A stretch of DNA of 63,117 nt, counting the filler, from Sphacelaria rigidula (Eukaryota): assembly GCA_964200075.2 (NCBI GenBank). It is 11 parts of 11 records of this genome, joined end to end, with 100 filler letters (N's around TTAATTAATTAA, not from the genome) between each part and the next. Parts side by side here need not be neighbours in the genome. Positions count along the whole stretch, not along the records: positions 22,989 to 28,635 come from CAXNAA020025584.1; positions 28,736 to 34,382 come from CAXNAA020025585.1; positions 34,483 to 40,129 come from CAXNAA020025586.1; 8 more parts are not named here. One strand, 5' to 3'. Shown here piece after piece: positions 23,132 through 36,783 of this stretch (the stretch's first letter is position 1; every line of letters begins with the position of its first letter). Below the pieces are notes generated by a model that saw nothing but the letters and a program-made list of their open reading frames with translations, was not told the origin of the DNA and did not search any database. Made by a program: the position numbers and the translations under genes.

Positions 23132-25867
23132 AGTGGATTGTGGAGAGGGGGAGGTTGGCGAAGTCACATCCTGTCCCCCGCTGCTTCAACAGTGAGGTGC
23201 TTACTTTTCATCACCTTTTTTTCCCATGTTGCTTAGTTTCCGTGTACTTTTGTGACGTTTCTCTGCCTTCCTATTGTCCTCAACACACGCTTCTTTTCAT
23301 TTTCGTTCTCGCATTCCTCGGGGGGGGGGGGGGAAGGCCGCCATATGTTCGTGGGGATATCGGAGCGCACAAACAGGGCCGGGGCGACTGCCTTGGCCGA
23401 GGCGTTCGGACCGTCTCTGCCCGTGATCCCCGTCCCAGTGGTGAGTTAAGCCGGGGAAAACTTGACTTTGTGTTGGTAATTTATAGAAATTGACTTATGT
23501 TGCGTAGAGTGTGAATAATGACGATTCAAAGTAGAAAATGTAGACGAAAAAGTTGAAAACTTTGAATCACAACTGCACGTTTGTGTCCTCCTCTTCTTCC
23601 CGGGAAACCGATCACTCCTACTACACGCCCCTTGGACGCATGCTATCTGTGTTGACGCGCTCTTTTTCATTAAGGCATTACACTTCCCATAAAATCATTC
23701 AAATTTCGTGTCTTGCGATCAGCCACAACGTCAAGTTTTTCGCAAGTTTTGTTTTCTCATTTTCATGACACTAGTGAATACGTGCTGCCACGTTGTTCGT
23801 TTAATGGCAGGAAGAGATGCTCATCATGTTTTTGTTTATCGATAAACTGTCTAGTGTACCCAAGGGCGTCGTATATCTCCTCCAAGGAGCCGTACCTCCC
23901 CACTGTCCCCCGACGACTTCCTCGGGTGACAGGCAGATTTTCTACGGTTCTCTCGAAGTCAAAGATGGATTTCTCACCGTCGCACCCCCAAGACTGATGC
24001 TGATTCATCGTAGCCCAGGTGTTAAATGTGACGTTTTGGGGCAAACGGAGGGATTTATCAACAGTGTTGCCAAGAAAAATGCCGGTTTATCACAGCTCAG
24101 GGTTCACCGAGACGCATATGCAGATGGTCATTATTCATGCAACTGCCTTGGGTACATCCATCTTGGGACCACGGCTGGATCATGACTCCTAGAGGATTAG
24201 TTTGTGTGCGACAACCAATCAACCAATCAATCAACCAACCGATCGATTATTCAAATGCGAAATGGTGGAGAGAAACACTGTAACACGGGTAGGACGTCCC
24301 CCTCTCTCGTCGCTCTTCCCCTCTTTCTCCTCCTCCCTCCCCGCTCTTTTGCTGAACGAACGCTTTTCCGGGCAATGGCTCGTGAGGTAACATGCTACCA
24401 GCTACCCCACCCGTTGACTGTATACTCTTTTCCCTCCCGGATGCGGGTCCTGTCAAGAAAATTGAACTTGATTCGGATGTTCATCAAATGTGCTGTGGCT
24501 GTAAGTCACAAGGAAAAACTACCTTAACGCAGGAAACAAGAGAAAAATACAATGTGTTGCACGTGCGCACGCGCACTTCGTGGGTGCTACGACCGCAAAC
24601 CGCAGATGCTCGAGTCCGGGCAAGTGATTTATTGATAGATTGCTTGTCGCACACCCACTGCTCGGCTGTGAACGAATCCAGTCGCTTTTCACAAGACGGG
24701 CGTTTCAAATATTGACGAACAGAAACACCAACTCTGAGGAACTTCGAGAAAAAAGGTGTGGGGGGGTAGAATGCATGAAGATCGGCAGAGTACACTGACA
24801 TGGACGCGTGCATTTGAGGTGGAGGAATAAGTTACGAGGAATATTGGGGGGGCCGCGGTCTTGACTGTTTCTCTTCATGGAAGTAGATCAACATACCATC
24901 CATGGGTGTTTTTAGGGCATGCTGGTGCTGAAGGGTGCGCAGCAAAGTCTAGAGAGGGCCTTGTTCCCTGAAGGTCGTCAGGGTTGGCAAGGGAAGGCAG
25001 GTAGTTTACCCAGTGTGGCCATCCTACCTTTGCATTGCGAGAAGGTAGCCACGGCCACGCCAGTGGAATATGACGTAACAGTAAAGCTGTCGATGTGTGC
25101 TGACCAAAAGCACACCCCCAAGAAACCGGTTCAACAGTCAGTTGCAGCGCGTTAATGTAAGGGTCGGGGTGAGGGTAGGTCGAGTGGGGTGACGACACTT
25201 TGTGTTGCAAGAACGCTCTGCCCTTGGTTGGTGAGTGAGGATCAAATCGTCGACTGTGTGATCCTTGGTGGAAGCAGATGCTCTAGTGTATTGACTGCTC
25301 AACCCAGCTACGCTTTGCGTTGCGGTTTGTGAGAGTAGAGTGCGGGGGAAGCATGCCGCTCACCCCCACGCTTTTCAACCCGACTTTTGCAAAATTGTAC
25401 TTTTAGCAACAGAAGGCGGTGAAGGACGCTGCTCATTCGCGCATCTTTGAGCCCATTCGCACATTTTGTTTTCCCGGCGCATTTGCCTGTTTCTGCTGTT
25501 TGAAGAATCTGAAACGCTGCTGATGGGCTTTTGCAACAATTAGGTATTAAAGCAAAGTACAGAGGGCATATTCGTTCCGCGAAGACCCTATCCTGTCGCC
25601 TTGTGCATGCAGGTGAGTAAGAACGCTAACTTTGTTGCTCTCTGCCGCGCGTGCGTCCGTACGTTTTTTGTCTCCCTCGCGTCGTGGAAAAAAAATGCGT
25701 TGGTATGATCCCCGTGCACTCGACAAGTCCGGCGCGTTACACCTGAAGTCGTTGGTGTCAGTACTACGACCCGGGGTTTTGGTGTACGCCAAAAACGACG
25801 CTGGCTCGGAGACTGTTGCAAGGTGCGAGGAATTCGTGTATCATGCGTAGCATACGTGCGCGCGCGC

Positions 25868-25966
25868 GGGGGGGTGTACTCATGATCCTGCATGCCGTAG
25901 TCATAATGCCATTGACCTCGCATCCCAGCCAGGACGGAGCACGCCGGGTTCTCGCCGGATCAGGCT
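25868..25966 (+). mobile_element. Poly-G-anchored short element, subfamily G2
   Basis: ggggggggtgtactcatgatcctgcatgccgtagtcataatgccattgacctcgcatccc...gacggagcacgccggg. Confidence 0.75.
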
Positions 25967-28735
25967 CGGTGCGATCTTCCCTATGCAGGATAACGGGTAG
26001 TACGAGAGTAGGCTTAATCTCACGGCATAGGATTGTGAGGAAATGCGTTGATGACGTACGGCGTGATCAAAAGCTTGTCGAAGAAGTTGACACGGTACAT
26101 GTGTGAAATTGTCCGTCAAACTACAATATATGCATATACATATGTTCCCGTACAACGAAAGCGGGCTTCATTTTCAGCCTTTGCAATGTTGAAAAAGTCA
26201 CACGGGCACCATATCACAGAAAATTAAGAATCAGGCCACTATCGCACGGTAGATACCTCGTCAAGAGTAACCAATACCTTGCTCTGCAGTACCATAAAAA
26301 CGCTGGAATCGCAGCGTCAGTTTCTCTCCCCCATATTGGGCACAGATCCAGGAGGTGATCGCGTAGCGGGAAGTGTTGCACTTTTTTGGGTAGAACACAC
26401 CGTTTACAGCATGGCAGCAATATCCATGTCTACGTAGCACGCACGATATTTCGTGTTCTTGACCTGCGAAATGGTGAAAGAGCAAAGGAGAGCACCAAGA
26501 AGTGGCGCGGGTTATCAGTAACGGGTGATTGATCGCAAGTCTGTGGTAAGGGTTCGAGTTGAAAAAGCTGGACTCGTCCCCAACTCCAGGTCTGAGCCTC
26601 ATGCTATGAACCGGTCAATAGTGACCATCAACCGAACGCGGTGAGATTCAACGCTTTGTATGCCTTGGTCTAAAACGTTTGGATATAAATTGCGCATCTG
26701 TGAACACATGCACGCAAATCCCGGGGTGAAGACAGCGGTTCGTCATAATTTGGAGCTATCTGCACCACACACTGTAGATCAAACCAGGGCGTTACAAAAT
26801 ATCCTCCTGCCAAGTCTCAAGCCAGTTCGGGGCTTATAGCGCGTATTCGTTGATGTCATGAGAGCTGTGTTTCGTCTCCAAGGAATGATGGTGAGCAGTG
26901 ACGGACGTGGGGCCAGCTTTTTTAGATATTCTGTGATGAAGAGTGGGTGGGTGGGGGGGGGGGTCGATGTCTACTTCGGAAGAGTTGGGACTGAAGTCGA
27001 GTGGGTTATGACTATCTCCCTCTCTACTTGACAGTTCTATTCCCAACATAACTCCCCATCCAACCAACTGGTCGTCTTTACCTCCAAAAGAACCCCTCGT
27101 CGTCCAACACACGCCCTCACTCATGCACGTCTTGCTGCTCTCGATCCACGTGGGACTCTTTACGAATAATAAGGATGTTCTTTTCGATCGCAAACGTTTG
27201 ATATTTCTCGATGAAATAATCTTTTCTCAGCGTATACGCTGGTCCTTCAATACTGTCAACACTCATCGTCACTGTTGTTGCTTCGTAATTTTTTTCTCTT
27301 TGGATCTGCCCTACCTCCTACCGAGCTCGTGGACTGTATTCCTTTTCTGCTTTTTTTTTACCGAATTCGTCACAGCTGGTTTTCAACTATTTTATTCGTC
27401 GGCGTTATTGTTGCGGTTGTTGTATTCCCTCTCCCATACGCACCTTCCTACAATACCTCAGAAATGTCGTTAGTCATAGGTCTGCCAAGGTTTGTGTATC
27501 ATGTTATATAGACGTGGTATTGACCTCATTGTTGAGAGATGTAGCCGCAGGAGTACCCCAAGTTGTGTAACCATTCGATTGCGTGTTCGAGTGTTCGGCG
27601 GACTACCTTCGTCGCTTGGCGCGTGCGGTAACCCCCCCGCCCCCTCCCCCTACGGGATAAGGGTTTGGTACAGTACGAGAGTAGTAGAACGAACCAAGGT
27701 CATGATTGAAATCGCGGTCTGTCTCGCGGGGGAGGAGGGCCTGGCAAAGTCACGGTAGAGTATGACTTGCGCGAGAATATGGCGTGTTCGTGCGTAGAAA
27801 TGACACAAACCCGGTGCACTCAACTCTTGAACTCCACGTTTCCGCGTTCGAAACTAACTATGATTGGCAGCCTCTATGTAAAGACCCGGAATGAATGTTG
27901 TATCGTCATACACCAGACGCTTGTACTGAAGGACAAGAACGAGGATACCAAGCAAACAACGCGAGAGCTCTAAAGTAGTCACCATTTGCTTACTCTCCAC
28001 CAGTGGAAGCATACACACTACACACTGCAGTCGCAGCGTGCATCTCCTTGTCCCCAACAGCGCACAGGTCCGGCGCATGATTTCGTGTATAGCAGTCTTG
28101 TCCTTGATATAATGCGGTGCGAATTTCCTGCGGTTGTAGAACGGCAACAGTTCCGAAGCACGCTTAAAAAGTCATGAAGTTAGCGTCCGGAGTTCATAAA
28201 GTTGCCTTCCGGCGTGACATATAGGCAGCAAGAAGCAGGGGTTTGAGATGCAGGCGATTGGTCGCAGGTCCACATTGAGGATGTTGTGGGGCAAGAAACT
28301 GGGGGAAACGAAATGTAGCGGTAGGGCCCTGCGCAGCCAGTCAAACAATGCGCTTCAGCAAACCAACTGAACACGTGCATGCGACTATTTCCAAACAGGG
28401 TGCACCTCCATGCTATATGCCTTCCTCTGGCAATCTTTCGCAGTACTCGTTCACCGAAAAGAGGACTCAGCCGTAAATATGTGATGGTAGTAAATCAAAT
28501 ATAGTTGTGAAGTGGACGATATATGTATATACACACAACGCCGGGGCATGAACATCCCCCCCCCCGCCCGCCCTCGCCCGGCTCTGGAGGGGCGTGGGCA
28601 CAGGGTGCTAGTGCAGCAGCGGAGAAACAACCCAANNNNNNNNNNNNNNNNNNNNNNNNNNNNNNNNNNNNNNNNNNNNTTAATTAATTAANNNNNNNNN
28701 NNNNNNNNNNNNNNNNNNNNNNNNNNNNNNNNNNN

Positions 28736-28789
28736 GTTTTAGGCTTGAACCTCATCTCGAAGTTAAACCTCAATTCGCACAATTTGTTG
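28736..28789. mobile_element. Terminus of a family-B-related element (contig starts inside it)
   Basis: gttttaggcttgaacctcatctcgaagttaaacctcaattcgcacaatttgttg is nearly identical to 40240-40293. Confidence 0.75.
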
Positions 28790-29859
28790 CTAGAGGAAAA
28801 ATGTCCAGGAAGATGTTCACTGAGATATTCAATTTTCTTATTAATGAAGAGAGCAAAACATGTGCGTTTCCAACACCTCGCCATAAGTTGGCAAGGGCAT
28901 CACGTGACAAAACAAATAATCAGCCACCATGGTGGGCGCTGAGTGATGCGCGCTGGGAGCGACGCGCTCGTGCTCACGCTTACGACGACACAAAGGTAAT
29001 CAAGCTACGGAGACCGCTGTAATGGTTCCCACCGCGCTTGGGGTAAGGTGAAGAAACGCAATCAGTCGAATTATTTAAAAAAATCAATGCACTCTTGACC
29101 ATGACAAGTACCCCGCAAAAATAACTGGAGATACAATGCTGCTCAGGCGAAGATTTCAATTCTGCCGCGTACGTACGGAATGAGTGAAGTGTAATTCTTC
29201 GCCTCAAGCAACAGCGGGCAAGCTATATGCTTCTATCATGACACGCGTGCAGAACTCCATATGCCATAACAGCAATTAATGAGATTATCATCCCGGGATC
29301 ATTGACCGAACATCGCACAATAGAGCAAGAGAAATGATAGCCTGGACCGGAAGCCACAAAATTTGCACTTGCGAAAAAGATGCTTCAAGATAACACAGCT
29401 GCTCAGGCGGGAGTTTACGTTCGTCGTTCGTGCTGCTATAATGAGCGTAGATTGTAAATGCGCCACCAATGACGCGAGTCAGTGGGCCCATACCCATATA
29501 AATAACAGTATGATCTCGGGATGTTGTATGTCGACGGAGACTCAACCGAAATATGAATTGATACATGAGCTGAGGCTACGAGATGAACCTCAAGACTAAG
29601 GCCCATCCGGGTGTGCTTGCACCGCTTGAAGATGCGTGTCCACAACGTTAGCGTAGCGATATCGCTCACAGCGTGACTTCAGAGGTGGCTATGCGCTAGT
29701 CCTGTGCGCGATGCCATTTGAGTAAAGTAAAACGGCGTGCCTCCAACGCAGTTCGATTCGATGCTCTTACTGGTTAGAGTCAGAATCTTCAGCTCTTCTT
29801 GATTGAGCAGGAAGCGCGGAGTTGATGTCGGAAGGCATGATTCTCTATACGTTGTATCC

Positions 29860-30320
29860 TTCAAATGCAACAGCTGCACGCACGATTTTTGACGCGTAAT
29901 ACAGCTGGCAGGAGCAATGTAGCGCTGTATGCACCCGTTATGTTGCACACTATATTGTTACACGTGAACGCCGCCCCGGTTAAATGCATCATGCCTCACA
30001 TAATGACCGTCCGCTAATGCGCGACACTGGCACATTGGGTCGGTGTTACATCGAATATTGCCAGAGATTATTGGCACCGCTCGTTGTCTCCTTTAAATGC
30101 AACACAGCCGCGCGCACGAGTTTTGACGCGTGACACAGCTGGCAGGAGCAACGTGGCGCTGGCTACACCCATTAGCAAAATTGTATTGTTGTACGTGAAC
30201 GCCGCACCGGTTAAATGAACTATGCATCACCGAATTGCTGTCCGCTAATGCACGACACTGGCCCAGTGGGTCGGTGTTACCTCGAACGTCATCAGATTTT
30301 AGTGGCAGCGATGGGGCGAA
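29860..30320. repeat. ~232-bp-period duplication, possibly decayed Cys/His-rich coding repeats
   Basis: aaatgcaaca...cacga(t/g)ttttgacgcgt...acagctggcaggagca...gtccgctaatgc...acactgg at ~29863 and ~30095. Confidence 0.7.
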
Positions 30321-32576
30321 GAACCGGAACAATCAGGGGGATCTTCACAGCGAGCAACTGCTGATGTGAGCTATTGATTGGGAGTAATGAGCGCGGATGT
30401 GTGCGTTACACACCAAGCCGATGCTGTTGTTATACCCTCCCGTTTGGTTTTAGCGGGAAAACCGAGATGCCGCACCTCGCTTCAGGCTTTGAGTGACACG
30501 AGTGCTACTTCGAACAAGAGCCGGATCCAGTGGTATGGATTGTTTCGACAGGTCCCAAATGAGGGTACTTGGATCTTTGTGCCGCTGCACCGGTTGTCAA
30601 ATCCACCCCACACAACGGCTGCTGTGCGCTCGGTGATAGCCGCGCGATGTAAGTTCTAGGAGCAACGTTGTGTTTTCTTTAGCCATCATGTTACAGTTAC
30701 GGTGAGATACCTGTGAATCTGCGGTGGCCCTCGAATGAAGCAGGGATCACAGGAAACAATAAAATAAAATGTAGGGTATCTTCACCTGGTACAGTTAAAC
30801 TATTCCGAAATGGGGGGGGGGGTGGTGATGTCAAATTAAACCTTTCCGTAGACTGTACTAACTGTCGCAACTACAGTACAGTACAGGTGCCAACGCACGG
30901 CACTAGCGCGACAGAACGTTGTTCATCTCACCGAAAACGAAAGAGTCCACATACCCACGAAGTTTTCAACAGAAGTGCAGACAGCACTGCGTGCGACTAA
31001 GATTGTTTTCGGTAGGGACGAACACAACGACAGTATCGCTGCTCATGCAATCCAAAACAGTGTTCGTGATTCGTAAACGCACCGCAACAGAACTGACAGG
31101 AAAAGCTTCGAAACCTGAGAGGGCTTGAAGGCTTTTGCTGTGAGACAGTAGGGAAACAAGATATATTCCATGGGTTAGTCCTCCGGCTGATTGTGGAGGG
31201 GTCTTCAAATTGAAGCCAACGCCAAGTGAACACTCCACTATAGCCACGCCTCTTTCCATTCACTTTGGGCTATCCGGATCGGGTGTGGGAAGGTTGACGT
31301 GAGATGCGAACTTCACACGCTAATTAATTAAGCAGATGCGGGCCCGGTACATCTTCAGTATGCCGATTTGTGTACACCAGGCGGTCAGACCTCTGTCAAT
31401 TACCCCACACTTGCATGTACACAGGACCATACCCATGTTATCACACGATAATTGAGTGACTGAGCTGTATTGAAATGCACTGAAATTCAGTACCGCTGCT
31501 TCTGTATAGCTTTACGACAAATACTGTAGCGCATCCAGGCGGGCAGTCAGGTTTTGGTGACGCTACATCAGCCGTTCACCAACGCCAGCCATGCTTGAAG
31601 GTGCCGTACTTCAAAAACCTGACATGTTGACCGTGATGCAGCTTCACAATGCCGCCGCGTACCGTTACTCGTCATGTGCATGCAGTTTCACAGTGCTACC
31701 GCGTGTCTGGTAAAAATGATGTTAAGAAGGTGGCGGTTAAAACTAACGATGCGCGGTAGATCGAAACGTTCCGTCTGTCAAACCCTAAAACTTATCACGA
31801 CCTGCCTTTAGCGAGTCTCTATCCAGTTATGAATTACACCTGCCAACAGACTGAGCAGACAATTTTCATTAACAGGAAATTGCGAAGTTTGGATGGACGA
31901 AACACGGCACTCTCCGGTCATCATGGGGGGCAGGTCATTGATATTCGGGAGGTTTACTATTATGAAAAATGGATGCAAGCCCCTTGCAGTTCTCCCTGCT
32001 AGATAGTTCGAGAGCTGGGGGATATCTGCTCCGATACTAAATAAAAACCAGACCCAACCGTGTAGTTTAGTTATGTTCACAACTTTTGAAGAAACCCAGC
32101 AAATAATCATCGGTTATAGTCCGCTATATATGAGGGTTGAGAGGTGAACGTTTCCGTTCTAAAACGGTCGAAAGTCGAACGTGAAGCTCTTGTCGCGCGA
32201 CCAGTGGGTAGTGCAACTAGCCCTTGCTGGCGCACGTTGTACTAGTGCGTAGCAATTATGACAGTATCTACTAGAATGGACACACCTTTTCGATTACCCA
32301 CTCCATATTATCGAAAAGAAATAACACTGTGGATCAAGAATGATCCACCATCAGTCATCAATAGTCCAAGGAATGGGACCATTTACCCATGTTCACCCTA
32401 GCTGGGGTGATCAACTCAACACTGCCACGATTGGGCAGCTACGGAGAGTGCTGCGAGACAAGATACCTGCACGAGGCTACCAGACGGACACTACACCATC
32501 TCCCGTTGTCTGTCTACTCTGCACCTATCGACAATCAAATTCCAACGTTGTTTGTCTGTCCGTGCATGCTATGACT

Positions 32577-32869
32577 CACGGGTGGCCACTGGGGTCGGTA
32601 ACCTGGCCATTTTGGGACCTTATCCACATTTGGAAAGGTCCGCGGGTTAGGTGGACAACTGAAGAGCATTCGCACAGCATGGACAGGATCGAAACAAAGC
32701 ATGTTCAAGTCTACAGGGGAGTCACCCGCCTATAGACTGGGACATGTTTTGTTTCGATCCTGTCCATGCTGTGCGAATGCTCTTCAGTTGTCCACCTAAC
32801 CCGCGGACCTTACCAAATGTGGATAAGGTCCCAAAGTGGCCAGGTTACAGACCCCAGTGGCCACCCGTG
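32577..32869. mobile_element. Near-perfect 293-bp hairpin (foldback MITE or hairpin-RNA locus)
   Basis: ~140-bp arms CACGGGTGGCCACTGGGGTC...GTCTACAGG / CCTATAGAC...GACCCCAGTGGCCACCCGTG with a ~11-nt loop. CT dinucleotide on both flanks. Confidence 0.85.
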
Positions 32870-33730
32870 CTACCATCAAACGAGGCTGATACCCATATTC
32901 TTGTAACCTGATGCGGCGTGCTGTTGTTATTTTAATGCTACCAGTTATCCCCCACCATTATCCTACATCAGTCGTGCCTTACGGTTCGGCGAGATATTAC
33001 CCGATGTTGCTCGATACCAATGCACTTGACTGTTGAGCCAAATCTAAGCACTTCCCGTACATTTCATCATATAAATGCGGAGTATTTTGAGATTTTCGCG
33101 ACACGAAAATTTGTGTGTTGTGAGTGGACACCTGATGATAAGCGACTGTACTGTGTTGTACTGTACTACTACTCGTACTGGATTTCGCATTGCACAAACA
33201 TTTGCACCAATGCTTGCGTACTTCCGTCAGTCGTCCGGCATTTGCTCGCTCCCAACGTGATTATTCGTTGTTCAACCCCGTTGCTTCAAGTTTAAGCTCT
33301 AGGCGTTGCCGCTGGACGGAGTAACGTTGGACTCGTTCACATCTGACGCCGCTGTCGCCATATGCTTTGATTTTTGCGTAGTGATGCTTGGGGTGCATGT
33401 TGCGGGACAGCGGTACCATATGTATATGCATTCAATAGGATAGCGGGTATTTAAAGTGTAATCCCCGCTCCAAGTACTATCATCGATCTGCCGCTATCCA
33501 ACCTTGTTTAGCCTTGACACGTTGTAACCGAGAGGCACGTGGTTCCCCCTGTTTGATCGTTTGCGCCCTTTGTAGATATCTTCAAAGAGTATATGCGAGC
33601 CATGCATGCGTAAAACAAATGGAGAGTTATGTGTAGTTGCATGAACCACCATATATATATTATATATAAACATGATTGCATACAGGAAAATGGGCGAGGA
33701 CGAAGGCTCAAGATGTCAAGACCATGCTTG

Positions 33731-34215
33731 TTCGAACAGGTTGACAAGGGAGCCAGGATTTCCCATGTGTTTACGACCAGGTTGACAGGGGGGCAGGAGT
33801 TTCCCATGCGCGTGTGGACACGTTGACAGGGATCCAGGATTTCCCATGTGCTTTCGAACAGGTTGACAGAGATCCAGGATTCCCCATGTGTTTTCGAACA
33901 GGTTGACAGGAAGCCAGGATTTCCCATGTGTGTTTGAGCAGGTTGACACGGGGCCAGGAGTTTCCCTTGTGCGTGCGAACAGGTTGACAGAGATCCAGGA
34001 TTTCCCATGTGTTTTCGAACAGGTTGACAGGGAGCCAGGAGTTTCCCATGTGGTTTCGAGCAGGTTGACAGGGATCCAGGATTTCCCATGTAGTTTCAAG
34101 CAGGTTGACAGGGAGCCAGAATTTCCCATATGTTTTCGAACAGGTTGACAGGGGGGCCAGGAGTTTCCCATGCGTTTTCGAACAGGTTGACAGGGGGCCA
34201 GGAGTTTCCCATGCG
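33731..34215. repeat. Minisatellite, 12 units of 40-42 bp
   Basis: Consensus CAGGTTGACAGGGAKCCAGGA(G)TTTCCCATGTGTTTTCGAA. GTTGACA is counted 12 times. Confidence 0.95.
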
Positions 34216-34482
34216 TCTTAGAAAAGCGCGGACGCCATTTTAGCCTGAGCGAGTAGGAACGATGCACAACAGCTGTGGGTACAAGCTGAAGTTTGGCACC
34301 ACAGCAAGAGTAGCCACCGCTCACCAGTAACGGTGTTGCTGGGCACCGGGGCAGGGGAAGGGGGGGGGAGGGGGGCGTACTCNNNNNNNNNNNNNNNNNN
34401 NNNNNNNNNNNNNNNNNNNNNNNNNNTTAATTAATTAANNNNNNNNNNNNNNNNNNNNNNNNNNNNNNNNNNNNNNNNNNNN

Positions 34483-34548
34483 GGCATTGTAGGGATGCGA
34501 GGTCAATGGTCTGATGACTATGGCATGCATGATCATGAGTACACCCCC
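34483..34548 (-). mobile_element. Poly-G-anchored element G2 (contig starts inside it)
   Basis: gtagggatgcgaggtcaatggtctgatgactatggcatgcatgatcatgagtacaccccc. Confidence 0.75.
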
Positions 34549-35240
34549 TTCCTACTTCCCTGTTGTCCCGATTCTCTGCGGGGTTTGGACCACGACTTCT
34601 GAGGCAACCTCCCACGATGACTCTTGCCCAAGGGTAGTTTGTTTTTTGCTTTTTGTTGGGCCTTTCATGTGCAGGGCAATGGGGTCTCGCCTACCCCACC
34701 TTGCACCCGGACACAAGGCTCACATGACCATGTTTGCACCGGGCGGCAAGAGCAACAAATCCCACTTGATCCCCTTCGAGCCGGGTTAGGATCATGGAGA
34801 TATGAAAAAGACTCGTGTAGCGCCGGTCAAGTGAAGAGCGTCACTTCCTTTGCCGTACTTCCACTTGCCTCCCCCCCTAACCTCCCCTCCCCCCGGTCTC
34901 GTTCGCACAAGTCCATTGTCTCGAGGGATATTCGATCCGTTCTATCATTGAGCATTGGAACCGTGGCCTTAGAGTGGTACAGTAGCATGGTATTACGGGG
35001 AAACATTGTTGTTGTTTCTGTCACATCGTGAGAACACGGAAACGAGACGAACGAAAATACCGCATTAGAGAAGGCTGAACGAGTACTGTCGGGATCTGAA
35101 CCCGCAGATTCCACTCGTAGTACACATAGTGTTGATAAATACACCAATTTATCCGGAAAAAACCCAGGCAGTTTTCCTACTGTACCAGGTCGCCTCCGGA
35201 AACACGATGGCTGAAAATGCTTTGATTCCTTAAACCCCCA

Positions 35241-35320
35241 CGGCATGCTCCGTCCCGGCTCTGCAGGGATGCGAGGTCAGTGGCCTTATGACTACGGCAT
35301 GCAAGATTAAGAGTACACCC
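35241..35320 (-). mobile_element. Poly-G-anchored element G2
   Basis: tgctccgtcccggctctgcagggatgcgaggtcagtggccttatgactacggcatgcaagattaagagtacaccc. Confidence 0.75.
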
Positions 35321-36210
35321 AATGCTACGACCCTCACCCAGCCCCAGCCCAACGCAGACCGAAAGCCCTCGGGTCAAGAGAATGTAGAGCGTGCCGTAGG
35401 AGAAATGTGAGCTGTTTTTTGCTCAAATCGCCGCTGCAGACGTTTATTTGAAGCAGACCACGTGCACGCTGAGCGAGATCTCGGCATTGCGAGCTTTCTA
35501 AAAATCGACATGTTTTGGTCCAAAGTGGACTAGAAATCGAGTATATATCCAACCACGGTACTCGCGGGTCGAAGTGGGATATAACGCAACTGAACAGAAT
35601 CCGAATTGTTGATATTCGGGTTCAATCTTCTCCTTGGTTCGGAGAAAATAGAGAACGATCGACATGTATTGCGGATTACACCCTCATGTTGTTGGGAGGG
35701 AGATAGCTTGCAGGAACACTGGATCATGTCCTCGTTTTTTCGGGGGGAAGAAAAATGAAGAACATTATCACGAAAACGTTTTTGATCCTGCATGATGAAT
35801 GAAAAAAGTGAACAATCGGAAGGAACGCTTGGGTTGTACCTCTGTTATTCTGGAAGGAACAGACGCCGAAAGGATATTGGAGTACCGTTATTACAAACGC
35901 TCGAAAGGAACTAGTATACATTACGGTCCATACCACGGTTCCGTGACTAGTACAGTACTCGCGGCCGGACCACATGGTTGGAAAATGACACGAAGTACAT
36001 TTACTCGCTAGCCGCGAAGCAGCCATTTTTCGTTTGAGTTCACATATATGTATACGTGCCAATGCACCACTTGGTATTCTGGGTTTTTGTTCATGACTGC
36101 TCTTACAATTGAAATACCCTCGCCGTGGTCAGATATTGGCCTGTGCACAACGATAGGACAAGTTAGTTGATCTGCCCGGGGCAACTGTGCTTCCCCCCCC
36201 CTCCCACACA

Positions 36211-36308
36211 AGCCTGGTCCGGCGAAAACCCGGCGTGCTCCGTCCCGGCTTTGTAGGGATGCGAGGTCAATGGTCATATGACTACGGCATGCAAGATCAT
36301 GAGTACAT
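36211..36308 (-). mobile_element. Poly-G-anchored element G2 flanked by an 18-bp direct repeat
   Basis: ccccccccctcccacaca at 36193-36210 and 36310-36327 flanks agcctggtccggcg...gatcatgagtacat. Confidence 0.8.
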
Positions 36309-36783
36309 CCCCCCCCCCTCCCACACACACGCAACCGTCGGTCAGTGCGTGATTTTTTTTTCCCATATTTGTCGGGGCCGTTTGTTTTTGATTAATCGAT
36401 GAACATAATGCTGTCTGCCATTTCCGGTGCTGTAGCAATCAATCACCATATATACCTTGGCTAGTGCAGAGATGACCGTGGGATGGGTTGTGGTTGCCGG
36501 GACAGTGGTTTTGGAGTGGTGGCTTTCTGCTTGGACAGCGTAAGGGACACGTAAGCCTCGCCTTGTCCGTGGTGGCACATTGGGTGATATCTTGACGAGC
36601 GCAGCCGCGGGTATTCCGTACTGTCGGGTTGCTGCCGATGACCGCACTTTTCCGGTGAATGAGTCAAGTGCACTTGCCTGTTGTACCTCACCTTTCATGA
36701 CGTTTTTCTTGTCCTGAATGGTGATGTTATCTTTTATATTGATGTTTCGTTGTGCCCTGCTTTTTCGTGGGCTCCTTCATTAG

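Noticed and set aside
33731..34215. CRISPR array or repeat-protein CDS (ORFs of 193 and 202 aa)
   Set aside because: Units are contiguous with no unique spacers, there are no cas genes and the context is eukaryotic. The unit length (40-42 bp) is mostly not a multiple of 3, so the ORFs are by-products.
36255..36300. tRNA or 5S rRNA origin for the G2 element
   Set aside because: A weak A-box-like word is present but there is no B-box or cloverleaf.
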